Assembly: GCA_012295275.1 (NCBI GenBank)
Contig: CM022674.1
Span: forward strand, 9,052,001 to 9,116,000
Direction of reading: 5' to 3'
Origin: Chrysomallon squamiferum
Lineage: Eukaryota; Animalia; Mollusca
DNA: 64,000 bases
Both the position numbers and the translations under genes were made by a program. A model generated the notes under the pieces. The model searched no databases. It worked only from the letters and a program-made list of their open reading frames with translations, and had not been told where the DNA came from. Positions 1 to 39,603 of the stretch are shown piece after piece. Positions within the stretch are counted from its first letter, which is position 1. Every line of letters begins with the position of its first letter.

Positions 1-351
1 ATTTTCTTTTTCTTCTTCTTATTATTTTATATATATATATTTTAGTGTTCATTGCTTTATTAATATCAGCTTATGAGTATTAAAACAGAATCCTCTGTGT
101 TAACGATCTTACGAGTTATACCCTATAGAGAACATCAAAAGAAAAAACGAAACCGACTGACCTAGGAACCTATCTAGTTACTGAAAAACGAATATAAAGT
201 TAGTACTTTGAATTTGTTAATACTGTTTTCACATATTAATCTTTAGGATTTATGAGATTTAATACAATTTGATTTTACTACAGTTTACCAGGGATTTTTT
301 GTTTGTTCGTATTCTATTGTGCATTTGCATATGTTTATTTATTTATTTATA

Positions 352-389
<38 letters not shown>

Positions 390-430
390 AGAACAATTAC
401 TATAAACAAAGAGAAAACTGACACGCAGAT

Positions 431-462
<32 letters not shown>

Positions 463-1548
463 AATTTATGTCTACGTGCTGATCAGCAGCAGCAAAACGA
501 TGACTCAGTAAATTTGTTATTTTCCCCCTTGTTGCAGCTAGCCGCAGGCGATGACGTCACCTGTTTCGTGCGTGCTGAAAACGACCTCTAGCTTGGTGGC
601 AACCTCGACCGCTAATCTCCTTTTACTAACGTGTTGTTACCGTGACCCAGGACAAACTTACTAAATGTCGTGCCAATATAAACAACTCGGATTTGAAAAC
701 GTGAAATTATACAACCGCAATAACTCCCCACCAACCCCCCCCCCAAAACCACCACCACCACCACCAACAACAACAAACAAACAAAAACCCGACAAAAAAA
801 CAACAACAAAATTCTGTTAGTCACATACTTTATACAGCATTCCACGTTAAACCTCCCTAGCAAAGCATCTATGTGTCTGACCAAGCACCTGATCAAACTT
901 CACACAAAGGAAAAATTATACCAACATGAATTGAATTAATAAAAGTTTATTTGTTTTACAAAAATAAAATTTAAACGTTTAAATCACAATATTCAGTTTA
1001 GTTTTTTCGTTTTCAAAAGAAATACAAGGAATGTTTTTTTAAGTAACACAGTTTTTAACACTCGTGACAAACATATTCTGTTTCATCAGGAAACCGGTCA
1101 GTGGAACTAAGGTTTATAAAACTTTTTTAAAATTCAAAATTTATAATTAGATTAATTTGACTTTTGTATAAATTATTTATTTATTTATTTACTTATTTAT
1201 TTATTTTTTGTTACCTTTATTGCTTCTATTAGAAAGAAAGGAAAAAAAAAAAAAAAATAAATAAATAAGTAAGTAAGTAAGTAAGTAAATAAATAAATAA
1301 ATAAATAAAAATATTAATGATAAACAATAAAATATGTTCTCTGAAAAATATTATTGTTAGTTATTTTTCGGCTAACACATTAAATACTGTGTTAAAGTGA
1401 TTTAGCGACCCTTGTCTAAATTACATTCATTTTTTTTTTTTTTTTTTTTATTTTTGCTAGATGTGGTATTTGCCCTGCCACACTGCTGTTTCAGGGGCGT
1501 TCACCAGCCTGTCACAGTGCGGCTAGAAGACAGGGTGTGCTTGTAAAA

Positions 1549-1617
1549 TCAGTGCAGCAGAGTCGGTGTACCGGGCTGAGGTTTTTTGTCTCCAGTCTTT
1601 TCTGTAGCATCTTTATC
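1549..1617 (-). CDS. Cys-rich peptide, terminal exon
   Basis: Strong polypyrimidine acceptor ttttttgtatttag|GAT; encodes DKDATEKTGDKKPQPGTPTLLH then TGA. Confidence 0.72.
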   Translation of the reverse strand, partial: DKDATEKTGDKKPQPGTPTLLH

Positions 1618-1898
1618 CTAAATACAAAAAAGAAAAAAAATTTACTGCTCATAACTTTCTTTTTAAAAAACAATAGCAACATAGGATGGTAAGAAGAAAC
1701 TTAATAAAGTAATATTTGAAGGTAATCCAGACATAATCTCTTAATTTCTTTACACATACACACATACACAATGCACACACGCACACACACACACACAAAC
1801 ATATATATAAAGGTATGTGTGTGGTACATATATGTATATGTATATAAATGTATATCATATTATGTGTTTATGTATGTATGTATGTATGTATGTATAAA

Positions 1899-1941
<43 letters not shown>

Positions 1942-2682
1942 TTGTATTATCACAAAATATCCTGTTTGACCTGTCTACAATTGAAGTGAGAGAAGTGTGT
2001 TGTAAATAAAGTGTGTAGATGTGAGACTGCTGTCACATGAAGCTTATCACAGGTGTGGTCACTTTTTATGAGATGTAATAAAACTGTCAAAGCTTCCTTC
2101 AGTAGCTTATGATTATCTTACTTGTTATTATTATTATTTTGTATGTGTGTGTTTCATGTATGTGTGTAAATGCGTGCGTGCGTTTGTGTGTTTGTGGGTG
2201 TGCTTCTACCTCTATAAATTTATAACAGTGACACTTTTCAAGAAAACAGATTCCAATTCCGCTTGGACAGTGCTGACCACAGTGGATGTTTTTACACACG
2301 ATGCTTGTGGTGTAGATGCAGCTGCAGTAGCCGCCGTAGCAGAGCGGAATTCCTCCGTTCATGCAGCTGCAGTGGTCATTTTTCGTACACTCCTTACCAA
2401 ATGGATGATCTGCTTAGTAGAAAATATGAAAACATTTATTTATAATTTCTGTTTCTTGTATCTTGTGCGATATTTTATATTTTATTTATTTATTTATTTA
2501 TTTATTTATTTTTCTTCTTATTAGAATTAGTATTAGTATTACTGCTACTGCTGCTACTACTAATATTATTATTAGTAGTGGTATTGGTATTACTATTATT
2601 ACTATACTACTACTATTACTACTACTGCTGCTACTTCTGCTGCTACTGCTACTTCTGCTACTACTACTACTATTACTATTAC

Positions 2683-2748
<66 letters not shown>

Positions 2749-3212
2749 GTGATAATTATGACTTCGTACCATCAACAGGCTGAACTGTTGTTTGAAACGA
2801 ATCTGAAAAAAATAAAATAAAATAAAATAAAATAAAATAAAATAAATAAAAATAAAATAATATTTGTATGTTTTTTTATAATAGTGTTTGATGACATCTC
2901 GTTTTAATAAAAATAGTAGGCATCATCTCTCTTTTCCATTCTTAGAGATGTTTTTTCAATACATCTTTAATACGGGCACATTAAACAGAATTTATTTTTA
3001 TTTTATTTATATTATGAAATAATCAGTCATTCGCAACTTTTATCAAAGAAGATAATTCTTTGATTTCAATTGACAATGAGAGTTGCGATACAACAGAAAA
3101 TACACTCAGATTTGAGGATTAGTTAACGAAAATTTTTAATTTATATAAACTCACCTGTAGAAAGTAAGAATACAAGGGTTAACACATACATGTATTCTTT
3201 GGGAGTACCCAT
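1549..3212 (-). CDS. Secreted 12-Cys two-module peptide, 119 aa (cvSI/I84 protease inhibitor-like or CS-alpha-beta defensin-like); join(3212-3155,2802-2770,2409-2210,1617-1549)
   Basis: Four coding exons with GT-AG ends and compatible phases (1,1,0) total 360 nt. Product: MGTPKEYMYVLTLVFLLST-DSFQTTVQPVD-DHPFGKECTKNDHCSCMNGGIPLCYGGYCSCIYTTSIVCKNIHCGQHCPSGIGICFLEKCHCYKFIE-DKDATEKTGDKKPQPGTPTLLH*. It has a hydrophobic N-terminus and two modules ending C-x4-C-x-C. The family assignment is inferred from Cys spacing only. Confidence 0.8.
2210..2409 (-). CDS. Cys-rich peptide, 12-Cys exon
   Basis: ttctactaagcag|ATCATC...GAG|gtagaa; a GC-richer island in AT-rich DNA; overlaps track ORF 2099..2362. 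Confidence 0.85.
2560..2748. repeat. (TTA/CTA)n trinucleotide microsatellite
   Basis: Direct reading. Other microsatellites: (TA)n(GA)n 5601-5692, (TATG)n 6300-6386, (AAT)n 12763-12823, (TA)n 21434-21503, (CT)n 54516-54566, (TA)n 54769-54828. Confidence 0.95.
2770..2802 (-). CDS. Cys-rich peptide, 33-nt exon
   Basis: ttttttcag|ATTCG...GATG|gtacga; phase 1-1; encodes DSFQTTVQPVD. Confidence 0.7.
3155..3212 (-). CDS. Cys-rich peptide, signal-peptide exon (coding part)
   Basis: Acceptor ttttacag|TGTG at 3220; ATG at 3212; encodes MGTPKEYMYVLTLVFLLST; donor CAG|gtgagt, phase 1. Confidence 0.78.
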
Positions 3213-3654
3213 ATTTCACACTGTAAAATATTTAAATAAACAAATAATATATATATATGTATAAATTATTAAAACAAATTTCTATGATTATATATTATCG
3301 ATTTCTCTATTCAATATTTAGTATTTGTAACAAATTTAACTTACCAAAACTTGAAAGTGTTTGGGTTCAAACTGTAAAAGTGATTTTATTATATGCTAAA
3401 CCTCGCCTTTATTTGAACAGCCATCTAGGTAATAAAAGCAACAAGACGAAAGAAATATGATTTGTTATCATTCAAATTTACCGGATGTTACAACCTACAA
3501 ACAGAAATTAAAATATAAGCCTTTGAAGAAAGTTAATAAAAATAAAACATAAATAAATAAATAACCTTTGAGTAACTGATGTAAATATTTAATGATAAAA
3601 GTAAAAAAATGGCAAAAAAGGCATAAATACAAATGAACTGAATAGTGTACATGT

Positions 3655-3770
3655 TGTGTAGATTAGTGTGGATGTAGTGTAGATGTAGAGTAGATTAGCG
3701 TAGATGTAGTGTAGATTAGCGTAGATGTAGTGTAGATGTAGTGTAGATGTAGTGTAGATGTAGTGTAGTG
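3655..3770. repeat. 11-bp tandem repeat (TAGATGTAGTG)n
   Basis: About 10 slightly variable copies are visible. Confidence 0.85.
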
Positions 3771-4596
3771 TTTATCTTCTGACAAATAATAAACAAATGA
3801 GTGAAACGTGCTCAGACTTATACATGACTGGGCCTTAAAAAACAACACCAACAAAATGAAAACAAAATATTTTATTTAAGGTAGTTATTATGGAAATAGT
3901 ATAATTACCAACGATTTTCCAGCACAAATTTATAAATTAATTAACTACCGAGATTGATGGCATGTTATTTCAGTTTTATAGCTCTGTAATTAAACATAAG
4001 TAACATGATGTAAATGTGCAAATAAATTAACATTAATTGGCCCGGAGCAGCACGTGTAAGTAATAAATAAATGTTTCTGTCGATGACATCCCACTCGCTG
4101 TGTTATGTAAATATTCTGAAAAAAAATCTGTCAGATGTGCTGGTACGGACTTTTCTTTACAAACAAACGCGGTTCGATACACTAAAAGGGAGCTATAAAT
4201 TTCAGTTCCTCTTCATTTATTTAAGAAAGAGCATAGAAGTCATTCAAAGATTAAGCATTAATAAATCACTTTGTCATTGCTGAACTATTTTTCTTAGTAA
4301 GTCAGCCATATATTGAAAATATTAAATAAATTTTACAAATAATTAAATACCAGATGTAGAGATAAAGACAGAACAATATAATGTTAATAACAAAGCATGG
4401 AGCAAAACAGACTTAGCAATGAATACTTTGAATATTTCATAATGCAATTGCCATAATTATAATTTAAATTTCGATACAATTAATATATATATAGTTTGAT
4501 TATGATACGTCTTGATAGCGAATATGAGATCATTGTGGTTTCTAATACATTTTATAAGCGGTTCACCAAATGCTATATCATCTATATATGTATGTA

Positions 4597-4630
<34 letters not shown>

Positions 4631-4873
4631 GTCTGTGTATTTGTTTGTTTGTTTGTTTGTGTGTGTGTGTGTCTGTATTTCGACTTGGGAAAACTAAATA
4701 CTTTGATTAACATTAACGCGATAAATGTATGTATGTATTTGAAATCTATTAAATCTGTCGGAAATGAATTTCAAGCCAAGAACGTCACTGAAATGCGTTT
4801 GTTGCTATGACGATACAAGTGAAACTGCGGAGTTTGTGACACGTTTCCTAACACATCACAGTATGAAACTTAC

Positions 4874-4970
4874 TCAAATGTACGCACACAAGCAGGTGTG
4901 GATTAAAGAACGCACCTCAAGTTGGTGAGAACAAGTCCTAACCAATGACTCACATGTAGAAGATTTTATA
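4874..4970 (-). promoter_or_regulatory. Putative TATA box and non-coding first exon of the Cys-rich peptide gene
   Basis: TATAAAA on the minus strand at 4970-4964, AP-1-type TGACTCA at 4946-4952, and donor GA|gtaagt at 4874/4873. A second candidate 27-nt UTR exon lies at 3371-3345 (ttttacag|...TTG|gtaagt). Confidence 0.45.
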
Positions 4971-5592
4971 ACTTTATTATTTTTAGTCCATATTTAGTCA
5001 AAAAATAGTTTGAAAAATAAATAATAATAAAGTAGAAGAAAAATAAATTTAATAAGATCTACATAATAGCTAGCGCGGAATATTATTATTATTGTAAATT
5101 TAGTCCATATTTGGTTAAGATTTAGTGTGAATAAAAAAAAATAAAAAATAAAAAATAAATAAAGTCGAAGAAAAATAAAGTTAATATGAGTACACACACA
5201 GAGACACACAGGCACACACGCATACACACATACACACATACACACACACATATACACAGATATACACATGACGGTTTACAAAGTCACAGTGTAGTTCATA
5301 TACAATATGAAAAATATAATTAACGTTCTATAGATTTTTCAGAGTTATTTTCTTACTTTCTGTATGACAAAACAAAGCTGCTAAAACAGTTACTGTAGAT
5401 TTTCAGACTAGAGTGTTCTTTGCTACTGCCACTGAAATATTTCTGTTAAAGTTATTAAAATCAGTAATAATCCCAACAAACGAATTTTATTTTTATTTTT
5501 AATAATTTAATTGCAATAGAAATTAATATTTTTCTTAGAAATTTATATATATATATTTGTGTGTTTATGCACAGAACCTCAGTGAATATGTA

Positions 5593-5692
<100 letters not shown>

Positions 5693-6914
5693 AGAGAAAG
5701 AAAATTTAAATGAAAGAAGAAAACAAAATGTATTATTCCAACAAGAAGTAGAATTTGTATGTTAAACAGTTTTGTGATTATTTATTCGACAGGTTCTGAT
5801 TCTATCATTTGAATTCTGGTCTCTGAAATGAAAACCGAATTTCATGATACGTGTACAATCACCAAATTTGTTTAATTAATCCATCTTGATTGTGACATTA
5901 AACACTCTATTGTGTCAAAGTTTAATCAGTTTGGTTCCGAATAGTATTCAGTTGACTGCTTTGTGTACCGCGGTATACCGTAAACAAATAATGGTAATTG
6001 TCGTTGAATAACACATTTTACACACTGCCCTTTTTTAATTAATCTGTCAGAAACTAGATTGTCAGTTTAAGCGCGGCAGAGTTGTCTCACCCTGAAACCT
6101 CGTTAGACTGTCTTCTTGCACACGAATGTAGCAGACTTTAGTGAATGATAAACACACAGAGGCGGTGAGAGGTTGCGTTTAATTAATTATTAGGCAGAGG
6201 CAGACAATGAAACACCTAAAAGGCGATTTATTAATCAGGTTTTGTCATTACTATTGTTACCACTGTTTCTGTTAGTATTATTCAATTTATTATTATTATT
6301 ATGTATGTATGTATGTATGTATGTATGTATGTATGTATGTATGTATGTATGTATGTATGTATGTATGTATGTACGTACGTATGTATGTTTGGCTATGAAA
6401 ACAAAATAGTTCTTAAACAAAAAAAGAACTGAACCTGCATAAAACAAGTAATTTATCGAAGTAAAAATAGTTCCGGCCCTAAAACATACTTTTTTTGGAC
6501 ATCATATAGTGAAGCAGAACACAAACCAACAGATACATGTATACATACAGACATATACATATACATATACATAAATAAATAAATATGCTGGTTCGGTTCT
6601 TTTGTTATTTAAGAATTATTTTGTTATGATAGCTAGTTTTTGTAAGCGAAAACGAAACGAATAGCATGACTTTAGTAATCTCGGGAGCGGTAAGTTGAGA
6701 AATAAAACAGTTAATTTCATGTAGTCTTTTATTATTTAGAACAAATAAATAATTGGTTAGAGTCTCATGATATGAACTTTATCTTGCTCAGTCTCAGCAG
6801 ACTTGCTGTTCTGTCCCATAATAAACAAGCTAAGTGACATCCTCAACATTCATTTGATCAGAGTTGTCGCCAGTGTCAGCAACATAACAGTGTTATCTTA
6901 CAGAGCCACATAGA

Positions 6915-8155
6915 TAATACACGTAGTTAATATACGTAGTTAATACACGTAGTTAGTACACCTAGTTAATACACGTGGTTAATACACGTAGTTAGTACAC
7001 GTAGTTAATACACGTAGTTAATACACGTGGTTAATACACAGTGTTTAACACGTAATGTAATATAGTACAGTGCAATGTAAATGTAATATATCCTCACTCC
7101 AAATAAAAAATATTTAAAAAAAAAAAAGTGTTGTATACTCACTCTCCTGACTTCATACTCAAATTGATTGTGACAGTGTAGACTTTTTTTTACTTCAGTA
7201 AACTGTTTTTAATCATTAATTTAAAAAAAAATTCTATACCTTTATATTTTTAATACAGTTTATTATAATATCTTTAAATAATTCATTTTGATTAGTAGTT
7301 AGTACACCTTGTTAATACACGTAGTTAATACACGTAGTTAGTACACGTAGTTAATACACGTAGTTAATACACATAGTTAGTACACGTAGTTAATACACGT
7401 AGTTAGTACACGTAGTTAATACACGTAGTTAATACACGTGGTTAATACACGTAGTTAATACACGTAGTTAATACACGTGGTTAATACACAGTGTTTAACA
7501 CGTAATGTAATATAGTACAGTGCAATGTAAATGTAATATATCCTCACTCCAAATCAAAAATATTTAAAAAAAAAAAAGTGTTGTATACTCACTCTCCTGA
7601 CTTCATACTCAAATTGATTGTGACAGTGTAGACTTTTTTTTACTTCAGTAAACTGTTTTTAATCATTAATTTAAAAAAAAAATTCTATACCTTTATATTT
7701 TTAATACAGTTTATTATAATATCTTTAAATAATTCATTTTGATTAGTAGTTAGTACACCTTGTTAATACACGTAGTTAATACACGTAGTTAGTACACGTA
7801 GTTAATACACGTAGTTAGTACACGTAGTTAATACACGTAGTTAATACACGTGGTTAATACACGTAGTTAATACACGTAGTTAATACACGTGGTTAATACA
7901 CAGTGTTTAACACGTAATGTAATATAGTACAGTGCAATGTAAATGTAATATATCCTCACTCCAAATAAAAAATATTTAAAAAAAAAAAAAGTGTTGTATA
8001 CTCACTCTCCTGACTTCATACTCAAATTGATTGTGACAGTGTAGACTTTTTTTACTTCAGTAAACTGTTTTTAATCATTAATTTAAAAAAAAAATTCTAT
8101 ACCTTTATATTTTTAATACAGTTTATTATAATATCTTTAAATAATTCATTTTGAT
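6915..8155. repeat. Higher-order repeat: 3 x [13-bp TAATACACGTAGT array + ~260-bp unique segment]
   Basis: The arrays hold 9, 14 and 11 full units. Each is followed by a near-identical segment CAGTGTTTAACACG...TTTTGATT that differs mainly in poly-A length. Confidence 0.95.
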
Positions 8156-9902
8156 TTTCATTTTTTTTTCTCATTATAAATAAAATAAAGTTAAATTAGC
8201 ATTTTGACGTCTAATACGAACTTTCTCATGAACCTCATCATCATCATTAGTTTTATTATATAGTAGAACTAACAGAAGTATAATTTTAACAAAATATGTT
8301 AAAAATATATTTCTGGGCTCTCGATGAAAAAATTATTTTAAAGTATACCTTTAGTGAAATATTCAGCATTCTTACCACTTATGTTTTATTCTGTTTTAGT
8401 GATCTACTTTTTTAAAATAAGGAAGTATAAAAAAAAGAAAAAAGTTGAATTATTGTTTTAAATTTTTCTATAGTCGTGACGTCATCGGGTGCTCAGCTAT
8501 TTCATCTTACAGCTAGTAATCAGCTTGATCTATATGCAATGACATACTGCTGTAAGAGTGTATAAAATTTAAATGTTTTGTAAAAGTTTTAATGACAAAT
8601 CTGTCAACCTGAGACAATTCTAATGAGTGAGAAAACAAAAGTCGGGATCCAGGACGTAATAGTGTGAGAGAATGATTTTAAACGTACACGGTTTTTCTCT
8701 GGTGAAGTCCACATCAGTAATCTTAGGTAATCCATTCCATATGATTTAAATGGGAAAAAAAACTTCCGAATCATTTCATCATGAAGGAAAATTAAACAAA
8801 TGATAATAAACTGCATAAATACAAGAGTTCAGTGGAAGGACACAGTATAGTGTGTCATTATGAAGAACGGAGAACCACCGAGAAACAGTAAAATACACTT
8901 TTAGGTGGAGGAACATCTTCGCTGTTATCAGAATCACCTGTACTACATGCAATTTTGATAATGACGAGTCACAAACTGGACGACAGAAATACCTTTAAGC
9001 CTTCAAAAAAATAATTCAAAACTTCACGCAAGACGTAACTAAATGTTTTAGTGAATTATTAGTTTTAACCTGTGAGACTCATGTTACTTGCCTGCTCTCT
9101 GACTCTCTCTGGACAATTAAACCTATTTATTTCTAATGTTAACCTTGAGTGGCCTGAGACATTACAGTTAACTGAAAGTAAATATATTATTAAATACAAA
9201 ATCAGAAGATAAGAACCACAGCATGGTACTGATGATCAATGGTTGGAACCGGGGAAAAGTTAATAACACAACTTAATGAGAACCCAGACACACACTGCAA
9301 AGCGTTCAATATTCATTAACCCATGATAGGCAGATAATAAAAAGTAAGATAAAGAAATCATATTTCATTATTGCTAATGACAGTGAAATAAAGTATCTTC
9401 AGAACTGAGCATAGCACGTGTGTCTTGTGACTGCAGACAGACTGATTACACGAAACGAAGCTAATCGATGTACATCAGTGATGTGTGAGTCTCGTCTGAC
9501 AGACTGGTGGGAGTACGTGGTGTCCGCCTATCACATACCCGCATCAGTCTCTCCAGTATGCTGATCAAATAGTTATAGGAATAACATTAACCGAGTACTG
9601 CTTTGGTGTCCATTCATTCTTGGTTTTTCATTGTGCTTGTTTTGTTAGATTGTGCTAGGGACTGCTTAATACGTTAGATGTATCTATCAAAAGTCATCAT
9701 ATAGTAGATATATGTTAAAAGAAAATAAATCGTTTAATATTTGCTTTGTTGTGTAAACATTTTAACCACAAAATTATATTAATACATTTTTATATTTATT
9801 AACTTTTTTTGTAAAGCATTTGTGAAGTGCTTTCAGTGAAACTTTTACATTCAGGTTACTGGAATGAAATCATTGATGTAAATATTCTCATTTACAAACA
9901 CA

Positions 9903-36466
<26,564 letters not shown>

Positions 36467-37782
36467 AATGTTTAATAGTGAGCATAATCAAAGGTAGCTT
36501 TTCTGTTCTTATTTTTCACATACAGTTGTGACTTAACAATAAAAAATTTGAAACAGAAAGATATAAATATATAGAAATCTTTTATCATTGAAAACGTACT
36601 TTCATATATTTTTTTCATTTTAACCAAGATAAAATGAAGAGTGACTTAAATTTGCAGTTCATTTGTGTATCAGGTATAGGGTTCTAACTAAATCCACTTT
36701 AAACAAAATATTCTGTAACATATAATCAGTTTATGTTATATGAGTATAAAAGATCAGCAAAATGCAATATCTATCAGATTTAATGAAATATTCTTGTCAG
36801 TGTCATTGTTGTATTTGTTCTAATGACAATCTTTGATAAAAAAAACAGAATGACAGGTTCATGAGAAATAAACAGTACACATTTTTTACTCGTGCTGCAA
36901 GTAATTAGCACTGACTTCTTGTTAGAAAAAATATTTATTAGGCACTTTGTTGTCTTAGGTTGATTTGTAAAAAAAAATAATAATAATAAATAAAAAAATC
37001 TCTTTTAAATTTATTTTTCTAAAATTATGTATTTGAAGATTATAATAATTTTGTTTCATATGATTAATTAAGTTTCAGAATCATCTTGGACAATTATTGT
37101 AAGTTGTGTTATAGTTAAACAATCTTACTCAGTACAGAGACAGCTGCCTCACCAACGTGATATTTTCACTGAACAAATTTATATCTGTCTGTCTTTCTGT
37201 CTCTCTGGTTCTTCTACTGTCCATTTGTCAATACATAAATATATATATATGTTTGTCTGTCTGTCTATCAATATAAGTATCAAAATATTTCCATTTATGT
37301 AATTATCTCTTTCATAACTTTTATATCATTAAAATTCACAATTCTGTTAATTTTTCTTTTTTATTCTATGTTATATAAAATATTATTGCTTGTGATTATT
37401 TTACACATCTTTTATTGAAGTATTTCTTATTTACATGTTTTTGAGTTCATAACTTTAGCTTAGCAGTAAATCTGTGACAAGCAGTTTCCATTGTAAACAT
37501 TAACTGATACATGTCAGAGATCTGTTCCATTTGTGGAATCTTTGGCAATGCTAGGAACACTCATCATGTCTGACTGTTAACAAAACTTACTTTTATAATT
37601 TCCCACATTTTTGTGCTCCCTTTTCTAACATTTGTCTTTGACATATTTATATAGATGTTTAATGGTGAAAGTGTCTTGTGATAAAAAGCCTAGTGACCAA
37701 TAGAAATCACTATTACAGTTTATGTATCAGTTGAAGTATGTGGACATATTAAAACTTAAATATTTTCTATATGTGTTTTGTA

Positions 37783-37835
37783 AATAAAATATAAAACATA
37801 TATTCTTTGGTGTTGTGTGTTTTTGTTTGTTTGTT
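37783..37835 (+). terminator. Putative polyadenylation signal of DUR3-like gene
   Basis: AATAAA at 37783-37788 followed ~18 nt later by a GT/T-rich tract (tttggtgttgtgtgtttttg). Confidence 0.55.
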
Positions 37836-38949
37836 TATTTATTTATTTATTTTCTGGTTTATTTATTTATCTATTCATAATTTGTTGCAAAAGTATTGGA
37901 ACATTTTATGTATTTATTAACAAAACTAAGTTCTTTTCAACAGTCTATGTTAAAATGAGAAGTAATATATTTATCACACAAAATAACAACTGCAGCAGCA
38001 TTATTAGTTCCAATTAATATTTACAACTGAACCCCCTCTCCTTACACATAATTGCATTTTTCGCACCAGTATTTGGCTGACTTAAAGATTTTTGTTTTCA
38101 TTATTTATTTATAAATCCACCATGTGAAATAAATTTTATGTCAATTTTTGTTATTAGAAAATACACAAAAACAAAAATATAAAATAAACCCACCAGTAAT
38201 TCAGGTTATGGATACTAATTAGTAACTGTATTGGCCCAACACTACCACAAAATTATATTGTTGGATATCATCTGTTCGCACAGAATGGAACGAGCAGTCA
38301 TCATTTAAAAGGCTGCGAAATTTTCTATTTTATATAAAATACAGAATTTTATGTAAGTTTGATTTCTGTATTATTTACATATTCTGGAAATAGTGTCTTT
38401 AATTTCTATGTTTTTAGTAAAATTAAGACCAATACATATAACCTGTGTTAAATACTGTTAACCAGAACTTGTTTTCATGTGCATGCCTTTGTGTGTTTGC
38501 ATGTGTTTGAGAGAGATATTAAAAGTGGTTTGTAGTAATCCAAATATTTCTAAGCTAGATTAAACAATATATTTTAATTATTATTCCACATTTAGAAGAT
38601 ATAAAATTTCATTCTCTCACAATGGTTAAAATGATATACACAACAAAAAAAAATGTAAAATAATAATAAAAAAAAAATATTAGCTTTTTTCTATTGGTGA
38701 TCAAATATAATATCAATAAATTATCATGAATTTATATAAAGAAAAAAAAAATAAAAGAAAAAAAAATATATAATAATAGTAATAATAAAACCCAGAAGGA
38801 ACAAAAGATAAACATCAAGCCAACACATGGAAACTAATAATTTGTGAACAAAATGGAGTGTGACCTTCCACAAAATTGAAATATATTCCTGAGAAAAGTA
38901 ATCTCATGAGAGAAACAGATCCATTCACTGAGAAATAATACCTACCTCT

Positions 38950-39195
38950 GGTGTTTGGTTTGATGGATTCCTCCGATGCATACTCTGATCCACTGCAACC
39001 CAGAGATGTTCTGTTTGGACTAAATGCAGCACCAAGCAGGTCAAGGTAAAGGCTGTGTGTTGTGGTGCTGCAGTAATTAACAAGTGTTTTGTCTTTGTCA
39101 ATCTGAAGTGTTCCATGATCTACATTCATATGTGGAACAATGTGATGCAACAGGGTCTCTTCTCGATATCTGATGCCCTTCAGTGGACCTGACAT
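38950..39195 (-). mobile_element. Tc1-like transposase remnant
   Basis: GPLKGIRYREETLLHHIVPHM...LQIDK and TEHLWVAVDQSMHRRNP resemble the Tc1 DDE region (L...RY...IL...V.P, FQ.DN, IEHLW); frameshifted. Confidence 0.6.
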
Positions 39196-39569
39196 GTATT
39201 GTACTCACTTAAAGTCAGTTGCATATACTTAAATACTGGAGTATATAATTATTATATTTACATACATTTTATCTTTTTGTTAATATTCCAAAACAGATGC
39301 TTCTTTTTCCAAGCATATCGCATGTGGAGAAATGTTTTTAATTTAGTAAATGCTCTATACAGCTGGCTTTATCAGTTTCGTTTTGAAACTAGCCCTGGCT
39401 GGAATGGGAAATGGCCAGTTGAATTAAGGTGCAATATGAGACTGACCTTGTTATTTATCAGCTTCACAATCCAACCACTGAGTAAGAATGGTCAGCTCAT
39501 GTATTAGTCATCAGTTGTAGATGAAACAAGAAATATATAACACTGACAAATTGTTATAAATAGAAGGAA

Positions 39570-39603
39570 GAACAACAACAAAAGTCACATTTTCAATTTT
39601 ATT
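39570..39603 (-). terminator. Putative distal polyadenylation signal of the zinc-finger gene
   Basis: Minus-strand AATAAA (39603-39598) followed ~15 nt later by TTTTGTTGTTGTTCTT. Confidence 0.5.

Noticed and set aside
6915-8155. Repeat arrays as CRISPR (also 21640-23147, 46830-46945, 50285-50748, 60066-60410)
   Set aside because: The context is eukaryotic, there are no cas genes, and units are contiguous or too short and degenerate to be repeat-spacer arrays.
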